Notes under the pieces: model-generated | Databases searched by the model: none | The model's input: only the letters and a program-made list of their open reading frames with translations | Told to the model about the DNA's origin: nothing | Source of the DNA: Sphagnum compactum | Lineage: Eukaryota | Length of the DNA: 64,000 nt | Direction of reading: 5' to 3' | NCBI GenBank assembly: GCA_965153455.1 | Contig: OZ234494.1 | Coordinates: forward strand, 10,726,001 to 10,790,000 | Shown here: positions 39,766 to 53,520 of the stretch, one piece after another | Numbering within the stretch: position 1 is the stretch's first letter | Layout: each line of letters opens with the position of its first letter | Made by a program: the position numbers and the translations under genes

Positions 39766-42700
39766 TTCAACAACACTCATTCCCCTTCTTCACTCTTTTT
39801 GTTTTGCAATTTCAATTGCAAATTTGTCCCCCCTACCCCCCCAGATGTCCAAGCTCTAGTTCTCTCTTGAATTCCTTCTTGTGTTTTTGCTCCAAATTCT
39901 TGTCATCTGTGGTTTTTTACACTATCAGAACTCTCCATCTTCTCAACAATTTTCCCTCTTCCTCTTTCAACAATTGAGTTTTAGCAACAATCTCCAACGC
40001 TCTCTCTCTCTCTCTCTCAGATTATTTTTTGTTTTTTGTTGTTGTTCCCAAACTAACCAACTCTCTTTCCCCAAATGCTTTGAAACTCAAACAATGTTTG
40101 TATAATCTTCCTGTTCCTACAGCACTCATCATCTCTTTTCTTCTCTTCTTCTTCTTCCTCTTCCTCTTCCTCTTCTTCCCAGCTCACTGCCTCTCCATCA
40201 TGTCTGGATTCATCTCTGTATGTCAGAAAAGCTTGAACTCCACCATTAGTCAGTTTTATTTCTGTCCTTAAATCTGAAACCAGGCATTAGGCAGCAAATA
40301 TCTTGAGAGAATTCTAAACTGCATTGAACAAGATTGCATTCTGAAGATCACCCACTCTGAAACTCACCCTTTTTCTTTCCATGAACGTATGTTTTGCATT
40401 CTGAACATCACCCATTTCATTTTTCCAATGGAAGTTTGTTTTGCATTCCAAGGTCACCCATTCTGAAGATCACCATTGTCTTTTTCTTCATGGAAGTTTG
40501 TTTAGCATTCTGAACATCACCCATTTCTTTTTCATCATGGAAGTTTGGTTTTGCATTCTGAAAATCACCTTCTTTTCTTCTTTTTTTTCCTTCAATGATG
40601 GAAATTCTGTTTTGCATTCTGAAGATCACCAGTTTGATTTGTTCTTCAATTGAAATTTGTCATGAATTTCACAATCACCAGCTTTTTTTTTCCTTTGCTT
40701 TTTCTTTCCCCCCAACTGAAGTTTGTTCTAGTGGGTTATCTTATTTGAGTGGTGGATTGATTGATTGTGCCATCAGATGCCAACATAGTTTTTGTGGAAT
40801 CACCAACAGCAGTTGGGTACTCATATTCAAACACAAGTTCAGATTATGAGCTTTTCACAGACAAATTAACAGGTACTGAATTTCTTTCCATCCTACCTTT
40901 TACAAATACTTCAAACCATTCCATTCCATTCATAGAATTACACTACTAATCTCTTCTATTACTCTCTAACTTCACTTAACAAATTCCTCACCAAACTTAT
41001 AAGAAACAAGAAGAAGGAAACCAAAAAAAAAAAGTCAATTTCTTTGGACTTCTTTGATGCGGGAATTGAGAAACTGTTGTTCAATAATTTCATACTCTCT
41101 GAGGGTTTCAATTGTGCTGGGTTTTTGCAGCTGAAGATAACCTTGCATTCATTCTTGGGTGGTATGTGAAATTTCCCGAGTACAAGAAAAATGAGTTGTA
41201 CTTAACCGGCGAAAGCTTTGCAGGTAATGTAGAAACAATTCCCTTTCATTTGTACATTACTTATTATTATTATTATTATTATGTGGATTATTATTTTTTA
41301 TTTCTCTTGGATTTAGTTATAATTGTTGGTCTCTCCTTTTTCTTTTTCTTTTTTCTTCACTTGGTAGTTTTGGGTGGCGCGTCTCTTGGTGGGAGAGGCC
41401 AGGCCACTATTTACCGGAGCTTGCCCAACAAATAGTGCTTTACAATGAGAAACCTGGAGACTTCAAAATCAATTTCAAAGGGTTTGCGGTATGAAAATCT
41501 ACTTCCAACTTAATGGGTAGCAAAAGAAGACGCGGGTACCAGAATAACAATAGATTGGTGTATTAGGGTTTAAGGTGCTATGTAGGTCTATGTGCTTTGC
41601 AGTTGTTCCTAGAACACAAGGGAGAAGGAGGGTGTGTGGAGATGGTGAGAATTGAACTAAATCATAACAAATGATGAAAGATTGTGTTATTGTATGCAAA
41701 TTAGCCTTATAAATTTTGGTTTGTTAAGGCATTATTATTTTCACCCTTCCTTTGCACAAAATTTATGTATGTGTATACACTTAATGAGAAAAAACTTTTT
41801 TCTCTTTTCCTTTGGTGAAGTTAGTTTTTAATAACAGATCTTATATTCATTCAATTGTTTGGCTATCATTTTGTTGAATTTTAATTTTTTTTTCCTCCTT
41901 TTTAAATTAAGCATGATGAGTGTTGATTTTGTAGGTTGGAAATGCAGCGACAGATGCGTATTATGACAATCTTGGCGCTACTAATTTCTACTATTACCAT
42001 TCCCTCATCTCGGATCAGACATACGCCACATTGATTGAAAATTGCGACTTTGCACAAGATCTGCCAGTCGACTATTCATTACACAACGCGACGTGCAACG
42101 AAGCTGCAAATTACGCACTCAATGTCGAAATGAACGAGATTAACATTTACAACATATATGGCTTGAATTGTAATCCTCCGGCCAATACAACACGACCCAC
42201 CTTCACCAAGGTAAGTAAACCTTCAAAACTCATTTGTGAGAGCAAGGAATTTCTTCATCTTTTTTTCTCAAAAAAATTTTTTGAAATTTCTTTTTTCACA
42301 TTTTAGTGAGGGAAATATATATTTATTTATTTATTTGTGCCAAAATGATAATAATAAATATAATAATGGAGAAAATTTGATGTCTCTCTACTTGTGGATA
42401 AACTTTTACAGAGGGTGGGTATGATTCAATTAGCAGGCGTAAACCCTTGTGCCCCCGACAATGTAACACCGTATTTGAACACACCTGCCGTGAAGGCTGC
42501 CCTTCATGCCCGACAAGATATTCAGTGGGTAGAATGCAGGTTTGAGTTCTACATACTTTTGCGAAAAAATCATGTGTTTATTTTTTACTTAGTTTTTTGT
42601 GGAATAAAACTCCGCATAATTATTTCATTTTCTTATTAAAAAATTCCTGCCCTTTATATATATAAATATTTTTATTTATTTATTTTTCCTAGTTCTTTTT

Positions 42701-44023
42701 TAATTAAGACCTTTAAACTATTGAAAAACATTCTATGATTATAGGCTATCTTGGGTGGTGGTTTATTGTTTTTCGCACAATTTCAAAGTCCCGGATATGC
42801 AAGTTGCAATGTTTGATTGCTTATGAAAACCTTGAATTTTCTTGTGACAGTGGCATTGTAAGTAATTCCTATAGCTTACCCGATTACACAAGATCCATCC
42901 TTCCGGTGTATCAGTTTCTTCTCACCAAAGGCATCCGGATATGGGTCTACAGGTAAAAAAAATAAATCCTTACCATAAAACACTATAAACCCTAAAGCTT
43001 TTTTAGATCTTGTTTCACAAAAAAAATTTACAATCACTTTACAAACCCTACATTACCAAACCCTATTGAACCCTAAACCCTAGATTTTTGGCCCCTAACC
43101 CTAAAACCTAGATTTTTTTTTGGCCCCAAAATCCTAAACCCTAAATTGGAGGAGACTCAAAAGCAATAGGAGACTTATTAGAGAAAGGTTTTTGAACAAG
43201 GTGATTATTAAATTGTGTTTTCCCCAATTGGTGTAGTGGTGATGTAGATGGAATTGTGCCTACAACGGGGACGCGCTATTGGCTTGCGGAATTGGATCTA
43301 CCCATCCAAACGGCTTGGTACCCGTGGAACCATTCTAGTCAGGTAATGTATCGACTATCAACCTTGTGTTTTTGTGGGAACTTTTATATACGAGTTTTGC
43401 TCTACTTGAGACCCAAGAAATTATTTTTTTTTTTAAAACTAGAACTTGAACGGGCACTTCATGTATAAGAAAATTAATGTACTACGGAACGGGCATGGTA
43501 GGGCTTATTCTACCTAGGAACATGGCAAGCTTGGTAGGGCCAGCCAATGTTCCGTTAGGTGGTTATGGGGTTTTTCCAAGGCTTGTTTCAAAGCTTAAAC
43601 CATTTTTGATCATCAATTCACATTTCAAGCACTTTTGTTAATAGTCGATTTGCATTAAATAGGACTCCGAAGCTCATTACAATTGTGTGGAAGAAATAAC
43701 CTATAGTTATGAATTAAAGCACCCAAAAAAAAAATAGCCTTGTATTTATCAAGGATGGTTGATTTATTGGATATTCATATTTTGATTTTAGTGTTGTGGC
43801 CTAACTTAATTGTGTGTGTTTTTTTGGTGATTTATTTTTATTTTTTTTTGGTTTTGTTTGTCCCCAGGTTGGAGGGTGGTCACAAGTGTATGAGAATTTA
43901 ACATTTGTTACAGTGAGAGATGCCGGCCACGAAGTTCCTCAATACCAACCAGGAAGAGCCCTTCAATTGTTTAAATATTTCCTTAAGGGCCAATCTCTTC
44001 CTGGCTTTGATTACAATAATTAA
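38692..44023 (+). CDS. SCPL: Serine carboxypeptidase-like protein (peptidase S10, clade II), 10 exons
   Basis: Exons: 38692-39016 ([29 protein letters not shown]), 39577-39684 (GPGCSS..ELGPF..SWNK), 40777-40872 ([17 protein letters not shown]), 41131-41223 (GESFAG, catalytic Ser), 41403-41488 (HYLPELA), 41935-42210, 42412-42539, 42851-42952 (RIWVYS), 43237-43342 (GDVDGIVP, catalytic Asp), 43868-44023 ([10 protein letters not shown], catalytic His; TAA). All GT-AG and in frame. The exact start ATG is uncertain (several in-frame ATGs). Confidence 0.95.
40335..40635. repeat. Degenerate ~50-60-bp minisatellite in SCPL intron 2
   Basis: TTGCATTCTGAA(C/G)ATCACC recurs about 6 times. Confidence 0.75.
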
Positions 44024-47000
44024 GTTAGGGAGGCTGAACCCTAAATTAGCTACTCCCCTAACCAATCCTAAATTAGCTTAGCATAGCCTCATTGTCATTA
44101 GGGTACAAAATACATTGAGGGGTGGGGGGGGGGGGGGTTCCCTTTTGTTGGCAAAGGTCAAAATGAAAGATGTAATGTTTGCTATTAGGAACATCAAAAT
44201 TTGAAACTTTTAAAATAGTGAGTTACCTATTATTTTGACATCACATATTACATTAATTTGTAGACACCCAATTTGATGATTAACATTTAACTCCTTGAAT
44301 TAGGTGGTGATTATTTTGTTGATTATTTGATCAATTGCCACCAAGGTTTCTTGTTTTTCAATTTTGTGATATTGAAAATTTGCCAAAATTTTCCCAAAAA
44401 ATAGCAAAATTATTTGAAACAATACACTAGAATTTTTTTTAAATCCAAAAAAGTTTCCCAAATCTTTTCTCGAAAAGATGACAAAAATTTTGATGAAAAA
44501 AAACTCCTCATCCCTCTTTAAGCAACCAGACCACGGTTCAAACTTTTCAAAACGTGTCTATATATGGATGAATTACAATTTGGAAACTTCTTAAAAACCT
44601 TCATAAGTATGGGTGATGTATGAATGAGATTCTCTCTAAAACTTCCACGAGTAATGGATGACTACCCTTTGGACAAGGATCTAAATCTAATACATTATGG
44701 TGATCAAATGACTTACCAATTGATGTCACCAATGATTTATTAATCCTAGTGGGCATTAATCAATGACGTTAATAATCATTGGAAACATGAATAATTCATT
44801 CGTGACTTACCAATTCATGGATTAATAATGCACATTATTGTGAGATAGAGAAAACTAATATCATGTTGCATTGTGGAGTGGCCAAATTGATGAATGTGTG
44901 TCCATTGTGGCAATCAAATTTGCATGTTGTTGAATCTGTTATGATGGGGGTGTGGATGTGTGATTAAGTATTTACTTGTAAAAGTCTTGTTGAAGGAGAA
45001 TCTTGCTCAAGAAGCATGCATCTTGAACACTTAAAACTATCGTAATTATATCAATGATGCAAGAAGATGTAAGACATAAGACAACATTCTCCATTTGTTG
45101 AGTCTTTTGATAATGTATTCATAGTTAATAACAATTTAAACAATATGATTGTCGATCACGATTATGCAATGACTATATGCAATCAATAGATGATTGGATG
45201 ATGTGCATCCAAATAGTAATATTGTACACATGGTGTGACATGATTATGTGTTTGGGGTCAATTTAGTCATGGTTGCCTTTTAAATTATCAAAACAAATCA
45301 TGTCAATCATAAATTTAATTGTAGCATGGTATTATTGTCTATGTTCAAATCACCTTTGATTAAACTATCAAATAATAGAACAATCTAAAAGGCCAAAACA
45401 AATTTACCACTTGGTGAGAAAACAAAGCTAAAAAAACACTTGTATGAAAAGAAATTGTATTAAATACTTTTGAGCATGGCACCTTTGACCCCTTAGGTCA
45501 TGCCACAAAAGGAGGCCCTTTTTGCTCATATGAATATTGTGTTAAGGATAATAGTTTGAAAAAATATTGAATTCATACACTCTTGAAGCATGCAAGGTCC
45601 TTGGAAATGTACAAATTGAGTACAAAGGCTATAAACCAACATTTATCATGGATGGATTATTGTGTGTGTGTGAGAGAGAGAGGGCAAAGTTGTTTACAAT
45701 GGGGGAATTGGGTTTCTAGCAAGAAATTTTTCAGAAGATGGTAAGACCTTGTTTAGGTTTGTCAACAAAACCCTAAACCCTAGACCCATCTCTTAAATTG
45801 TCACAAATCTCAAGCCTTTATGGCCTTGTGTCCATATTCAACCCATATGAAAAAGTATGACCAACTCAACAACAAAATTCATTGCCTTCTTACTTTGGAG
45901 CAAAATATGAGTGGAATTGAAGCTTGAAGGTATAATAAGAACATCTGAAAAAAAAGATGGGTACTACATTCTTGATTCATATTGGATCACATAAATAGGC
46001 CCAAAAATAAATTAAAATAAAATAACATTACATTGTGTCTTTTGAGTTTTGGTTCAACATTATACCTAAATTGAATTATTCCAAGCATATTACAAAACTT
46101 CAATGAGAAGGTCAAGTTTCTGCAAATAATGTGATTGTTTCTACTGAACAAAAACTAAAAGATTTGTCTTCTTTGAAACTTCATGTCCTCTCATTACATA
46201 ATGGAGCCAATAAAACCCTACTTTTAATTGTGGTTCATGTTGTATTTTCAAAATCTCAACTAGGCCATGTGAAGAATGTGGTGATTTCATGATAGCTTGC
46301 CTAAAAATAACCTTAAAGGAAAAAATGGATAATTTAAACAAAAGGTGATATCATTTTATCATATGGATTTAGCTATTTTTAAAAATAAATTAAATGCGCA
46401 AGCTTTCAGTTATGAAAATCCATCATTTTATCATATGGATTTGGCTATTTTCTTAGAGATAAGTTAAATGTGCAAGCTTTCACTTATGAAGATTTGTGTT
46501 AAGTGAATCTACACTTAGTTTTATTTTATTTTTACCTTATTTACTCAATTGCATTGAATCAAATGTCGTGGACATTTTGACATTAAGCACATTACATCTA
46601 TTATTTCTTTGAACAATCTTGTAATATAGAGTATTTGTGAAATTTTCAATTTAGCACAAATGAAGATTGGCATAATGTTGTTTAGTTACAGTAAGAAAAA
46701 GTTTTTTCATATTTTTTTAATTGCTTAACCTTGCAAATTCTATGGAATCCTAACATTTGATTGAATTTTATCCACAAAAGTGTATTGAAAACTTTAATTG
46801 TTGAAGTAGTTCAAAAATTAAGCTGTACTTACATATGCCATGTCATGTTTTTTTATATTGTTTTCATTGTCTCAAAAGGTTTTATAATGTTGGTCAATTT
46901 AACATCAAGAATCACTAACATGATTTTATCATCTTTACATGTGTAGGTATGTTCTTACATAATGTTAAAACAAAAGATGTTAGACTTCACATAAAGGTAC

Positions 47001-49853
47001 ATCATTTTCATGAACAAGGATTGAACTATAGTTGTGCATTACATTAGAACAAATGTTGAACACTAGGTGGATCTATAACCTTAAAAAAACACTAGAAAAG
47101 GTAAAAGCAAAATGCCCTAATTCAACTTGTCATTGTTGGTTTAAATTTTTTTGAACATGATTAATAAAAGTGGGGAAAACATTTTGTTTTCCAAAATAGA
47201 ATTTTTTAAATTTTTTTCCTTTATTTTTGCAGGTTTGGATGTCTAAATGAAAGCACATTAAGATGTACCCGAAAGAACAACTGTAAAGTCTGTTTTGGTA
47301 ATTTTTCTAACGATTTTTAAACTCAAAAAACTAAGAAAAACCACAAAATCATTGAAAAGATTTTAAAGTTGACATATTTTTCCATGTCCAAGTTAGTGGT
47401 GCCCTACTTTCAACCTTTTTTAACACCTTTATTTAATATTGGTGATGAAAACCATCCCTTTGGATATGTCATGGACTTTGAATTTTTTGGACTTTATTAC
47501 ACATAATAAGTAATTATAAAGTCCATCACATATTTCATATTTTTCAAATTTATTACTCTTAAATTTCATAAGCCTTGAGACTAGCATGTCCCAAAATTGT
47601 GGAAAAAATCTTCAATTCCATTATAAGTAATGAGTCCATAAACGTTTTTTATTGATTGTGCCCCAAAATTGTTGAGATTGCAAAGTCCATATTTCATTGA
47701 AATTTAATGTTTTTGGTGTAATTATTTGAAAGTAAAAAGGACAAAGAAGTTAATTTCATTTATTTGAATCCATTTTGTTAGAATTTCCAACTTGCATATG
47801 AGTTTTATATAATAATGTGTCCAAACCAAAAAAAATTGCCTTTGTGACATTTAGAAAAGTCTATTATAATATGTTTTTATTTGTCCAAATTATGAACGCT
47901 AGTGGAATGTGAACGCCTTGTTTGTTGTTTTGTGCGGGGCACATTAATGTGCTGATCAACTTGTTTGTTTATTTTTCATGACAGATTTGGTATTGTGGAA
48001 GATGATTGGTGTTGTGGATTCTGCTGAGGTAGGAAAGAGTTCATAAGGATGGATTTGAAAAGGCAAAGGTTGTTTGGAAGGCATTAGGAAGTTGGGAAGT
48101 TAATTATTTAGTAACAATTTTTTTTGTTTAGTAGAAAGAATTCGGCATGTTTTAAATATGGTGTTTGGTCAAGATGTAGTTGTTGTTTATGTGTTGACTG
48201 TTACAAACAATGCCCATAGTCATTGCCTTAATCAAAATAGTCATAACCCATATGTGTTCTTTCTTAAAAGTTTATTATCACAATAAGTTTATTTTCTTGT
48301 GCATTTTTGAAGGTTGATAAAGGTATAACTTCAATCACTTGGCATTTCCATACATTTGAGGCAATGTCCATTAATCCTTTGCTTCAATGCATGTCCTTCC
48401 AAAACATTGCTAACAAAAAAATTCTTTCTTGTACTTGTGAACATTGTTATGGCATTCTTGAACTAACAACCCCTCTTGTTTATGTAAATCTTTAAATACA
48501 CTTTGTGGTTTATCTTCATGTTCTACATTATTACGTGTCATGTGCTATTATATAATTGGGTTATAGGTGGTATTGGCTATGGCTATTGCCTATGGCCATT
48601 AATTATTGGCTATTTTTTTGGTTATTGCCCTTGATTATTACCCTTGGCCAATGGCTTTTAGTTATGGCATTTCAAGTTTTGAAAGATGTCTTCTTCAAAT
48701 TTCTCAAATGGCTCTTCTTCAAATAATGATGATTTAACTTCATTTTTAAATGATGATGATATATTGTAAAACATGGATTGAATTGACCTTGTCATTTTTC
48801 AAATGATGGCAATGGCCGCTTCCAACTCCAATGACTTGTTCATTTCACATGAGATGGACGAAAAGGGGGGAGGAAAATTTGTGGACCCAACCATTGGTGT
48901 TCAATTTTTTTGGGGTATTATACAAATCACATTAACATTATTCAAGATTTTGACAAACTTTACATTAAAGGAATGATCCCTACCATTAAAACCCATGTTA
49001 GATCCACATGTGAAATTTTCTTTCATATTTATTTTTTCATTTAGGGTTTAGGGTTTTTAATTTTAAGGCTTGTTTTTAAGGTTAGGGTTTAAGGATAATA
49101 TTTTTTTTTACTAATATCTTCATTTAGGGTTTAAGGCTTTTAAGGTCTATTTATAGGGCTAGGGTTTAAAGCTTAAGTTTGATTTGAATTTTTTTTTCAA
49201 TTTTTTCATTTAGGGTTTGGGGCTTTAAAAGTTTATTTTTAAGGTTAGGATTTAATGCTAAAGTCCACTTTTATTATTTTATTCATTTTCTTTATTTAGG
49301 GTTTAAGATTTGGGCTTTTAGAGATTTTTTAAGGTTAGGATTTAAAACCATGTTATAAAACTTTTAATTTTTTTAAATTTAAGGTCTAAAAGTTTGGAGA
49401 TTTTAAAGTATTTTTAAGGTTAGGATTTAAGGTTATGATTTGAATTTTTAAAAAATGTTTAGGGTTAAACTTAAATATGAAACTTAACATTGCATTTGAA
49501 CAGAATAGAGGTTGTGCCAATTGTGTTAAATAGGCCTTGTAAAGTGACGTTCAAGTACATCTCTTAAATTTCATATTATATAAAAAACACAAAAATGTTA
49601 AGATGTATAATGCTTTCATGTGGAATTGGTCAAAATTTGTTTCGTGTGATGATGTAGTTTTTATGAAATCATGCATTAATGATGCACTTGGATGAAAATT
49701 CAATGGCCATTATCAAGGAAAAAAATTGCTTTGATATGGAATTGTAATAACTATTGGGTTGTATTGGATTCATCAATAACATTTTGATTTAGATCCAAAA
49801 ATTATGGAACAATGAATCACATAAAATCTATGCAATGAACAACACAGTCATTT

Positions 49854-52800
49854 CATCAATACAAAAATGGGGTGCAATTCATTAGCTTAAATCACTATGG
49901 GACCTTAAAAGTGAAATAAGTTCACTACACCTTAATGATTTCACCTTGGTTAAAGTTATTTCATTATAAGGACACTATGTAAACATTCATTTTTGTTACT
50001 AGTTGACATAATTCATTATTATAATTTACTATGACAAATAAATTTATTTTTATGTTGTTGTTTTAAATACCCTAAGCTACTTTAGTTATTTTAATTTATA
50101 CTTTAAGTTATTATAAATTATTATAAACTTCATATTTTAAGTTATTATAAGTTATTTTATCCTAAGGTATAATAATTTAAGGTGGAACAACCTAAGGTAG
50201 AATAATCTAAAATGACCAATAATAACCTCTATAAAATAACCTAAAATAACCAAAAATGGCATATGGTAGGATAACTAATAATAGTTTAAACTAACTTGCA
50301 AAACAAAACTTAGAATAACCTTGAATAATCATGAATACCTTAAAATAGAATAACCAATAATAACTTACAATATAATAGCCAATAATAACCAAGATTCACC
50401 TATGATAAATAACCTAAAATTTAAAAAAACCTATGATAAATAAACCGACAATAATTAAGAATAACATACAATAAAATAACCAACAATAATTAATGATAAA
50501 ATAATCAACAATAACCTATGATAAATAACTTACAATAACCCATAATAATTCTTACAATAAATAATAACCCATGATAGAATAACCAATAATAATTTAACAT
50601 AAAATAACCAATATTTCCTAGTGATAACCACTAATAAAAAAAACCCATATTGCAACTTGTCCAAAATGATTAAAAGTGTTATTTGTGACTATTTTGGTAT
50701 ATTTTGGTGACCAAAATAATCACAAATGACACTTTTAATCACCTTGGACAATTTATAATATGGGATTTTTTTAGTAGTGAACCTACGATAAAACAATCAA
50801 TAATAATTTAATGTTAAATAGTTAGTAATAACCAATTATAACTTAATTTAAAATAACCAGTAATAGCTAACAATAATTTTTGATAGAATAACAAATAATA
50901 ATTTATGGTAAAATAACCAATATTAACCTATGATAAAGTATTCAAAAATAACCTAAAGTAAGATAACCTATCATAACCAATAATATCATACGATAAAATA
51001 ACCAATAATAGCTTATGGTAAATAATTTAGAATAACCAATTAATAACATATATAATAGCCAACAATAATTTACGATATAATAACCAACAATAGCCTATGG
51101 TAAAATAAGCTAGAATAACCAATAATAACTTACAATATAATAACAAAAAATAGTTTATAGTAAATAACCAATTATAGTCTAAGGTAAATAACATAAATTA
51201 ACCAATAATAGAATAACCAACAATAGCCAATGGTCAAATAATTTAGAATAGCCAACAATAAACTATGATAGAATAATCAGCCATAACCAATGGTAAAATA
51301 ATTTAAAATAGCCACAACACACTACGTGTCATGGATACAAAAAGAACTAAATTCCTAGATTTCCAAACCACATGAACGAAACAAGCCTAGTTCTAAATCC
51401 ATGTCATGGAATAAAAAAATCAAAAGCAAAAACGCGATGTGTGCACAATGTGAATGCAAAAGAACTTTATTACAAAAATATGACAAAAATACGTACCCAA
51501 AATTGGTGTTGAACAAATTGAAAGTAACGTGGGATTTCACCTCTATTTATACCCATTGTGCACTTAGCTCAAAAAAGTTTCTAAAAATTTCCAACCTACA
51601 TGTGACCTATGTGATCCATGTGCACCCATGTGTGGCCCATGTCCATCTATGTGGGGACTAATAGTGAACTATGAAGGTTCTAAGAATGAACTAAAAGTGA
51701 ATTGAGATTTAACTATGAATTAACTGAAAGTTAATTGGAAATGAACTAAGAATTCACTAAAAGTTAACTAGAAGTGAACTAAAAATAAATTGATAATACA
51801 TTGAAAGTTAATTATAAATGAAATGAAAATGAATTAAAGGATAACTACAAATGAACTAAAAATTAATTACAAATTAATTACAAATTAACTAAAAGCTAAC
51901 TAAGAATGAATTGAAACTAAATTAGGAATTCAATACAAATTAATTACATGTCATGGATGAACATTCATATGAATGAACTCCATGGTGTTATCATTTGTGA
52001 CATTACGATAAAATAAACAACAATAACCAATGGTAAAATAATTTAGAATAGTGAATAATAACTTATGATAAAATAACCAATGGTAATACAGTTTATAATA
52101 ATCAACAATAGCCTACAAAAATAACCATTAATAATTTATGATAATATAACTTATAATAATCAATAATAGCCTACAATATAATAGCCATTAATAGCCTATG
52201 GTAATATAACCTATGATAGCCTACAATAACCTATGTTGAAATAACGTGTAAAATAGCCAAAATGACATATGATAGAATAACCTAGAATAACCTATCATAA
52301 AATTGTCAAGAAATACCAAGAATAGCTTATTGTAAAATAACATATAATAATCAACAATGGCCTATGATAAAATAACGTAAAATAATCTATTGTAGAATAA
52401 TCAAGAATTGGCAAGAATAATCAATAGTTGTTAAAAATAGCCTAGGGTAAAAAAAAATGCATAATATATGTGATGACAAAATTCATTTAAATAATGATTC
52501 AATGGTTAAAGACATGTTTTTTTAACATGGAGGTGAAAGGAAGTGAAGGATTCAAACCTTCTCCCTTGCACCTTAGGTTAGTGGGCAAGGTGTTTAGGTG
52601 GGTTAGGTTCCTAGCTTAAGTTAAGTAGCTTAGTGAAGGTCCTTAAGTGTTTAACTTGGGTTCATAATTAACTATTAGTGAATTTATTATTGATGATTTA
52701 ACTATTGGTGAATTCAATTAGTTATTATTGAATTCACTTGTCTATAACAATTAGTTCCTATTTACTAAAAGGTTGTCCACTTTCATGATGACAAATTTGT

Positions 52801-52868
52801 TCAATTTCACTCAAAATCTAATTAAACACGCAAAGTGAACTTAGATGCATATTGGTGTATTATTTTTT
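49854..52868. mobile_element. Decayed ~3-kb non-autonomous CACTA-like insertion filled with AATAACC/AATAGCC repeats
   Basis: Separates two adjacent halves of the Harbinger transposase. Left end CATCAATACAAAAATGGGGTGCAATTCATTAG resembles the intact mini-CACTA end CACTACTACAAAATGTGGGTGCAGTTCACTAG, and TTCACTCAAAATC occurs near the right end of both. TIRs are eroded, so boundaries are approximate. Confidence 0.55.
50629..50779. mobile_element. 151-bp fold-back mini-CACTA
   Basis: CACTAATAAAAAAAACCCATATTG...TATAATATGGGATTTTTTTAGTAGTG. The ~70-bp arms are imperfectly inverted over almost the whole length. TSD AAC on both sides. Confidence 0.88.
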
Positions 52869-53003
52869 ACCATCATGGGTTGTTCATGTACATAGATGTT
52901 GACTATTTTGGATCTTATCATGATGTGACAATTTTGCAACATTTCAACGTCTATCGAAATTGACACTGTTATTTAATTTTTGGAAACAATTATTTTGTGC
53001 ATC

Positions 53004-53157
53004 CACTACTACAAAATGTGGGTGCAGTTCACTAGTCCCCGTTCACTAGAACAGTGAATTCACTGTTTCTTCACTGGTCCTCGTTCACTACAACTAGTGA
53101 GTTCACTCAAAATCCAGTGAAATCACTTGGCGTACAGGGACACCTTTTGTTGTAGTG
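53004..53157. mobile_element. 154-bp mini-CACTA inserted in the Harbinger transposase
   Basis: TIR CACTACTACAAAATGTG / CACCTTTTGTTGTAGTG (15/17). TSD ATC on both sides. Interior made of TTCACT/AGTGA subterminal repeats. Confidence 0.9.
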
Positions 53158-53520
53158 ATCTCATGGGTAACCCAAGGTACGTGGGTGAAAATATTTTCAT
53201 TATACATAAGATAGGGCTATGAAAGCTTGCCCCGAATTCAGGTCATGATGTAGTGTTAACATTCAACAAAATGCCTATAGGTATTAAGGTATAAGTAAAG
53301 TGAGGCATAAATGGGTTGAAGAAAAAGTGAAAGAACCTCATAAAAAGGCTTGATTCATCAAAACTAAAATATTCACATTTGTTTTTAATTACAATTATCC
53401 TCATTAAATTTTTACACAATAAACACATGGACCTTCGAAATGAAGTCATTGGTGATCAAAGTGTAAACCCAAATGCATATGACTAGGTTAAGGATTTTTA
53501 ATTATAGGTTCAAAATTGCC

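Larger units (their letters stand above)
48800..53460 (+). pseudogene. Decayed PIF/Harbinger transposase (DDE_Tnp_4-type) split by nested insertions
   Basis: FKILTNFTLKE (~48950); GCIGFINNILI..KIYAMNNTVI (~49755-49850); resumes HHGLFMYIDVDYFGSYHDVTIL (~52870-52935); LMGNPRY (~53160); FNKMPIGIKV*VK*GINGLKKK*KNL (~53262-53340). These match the Harbinger GxIDG / GSxHD / GDxGY / RxxVExxIGxLK motif order. Confidence 0.8.
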
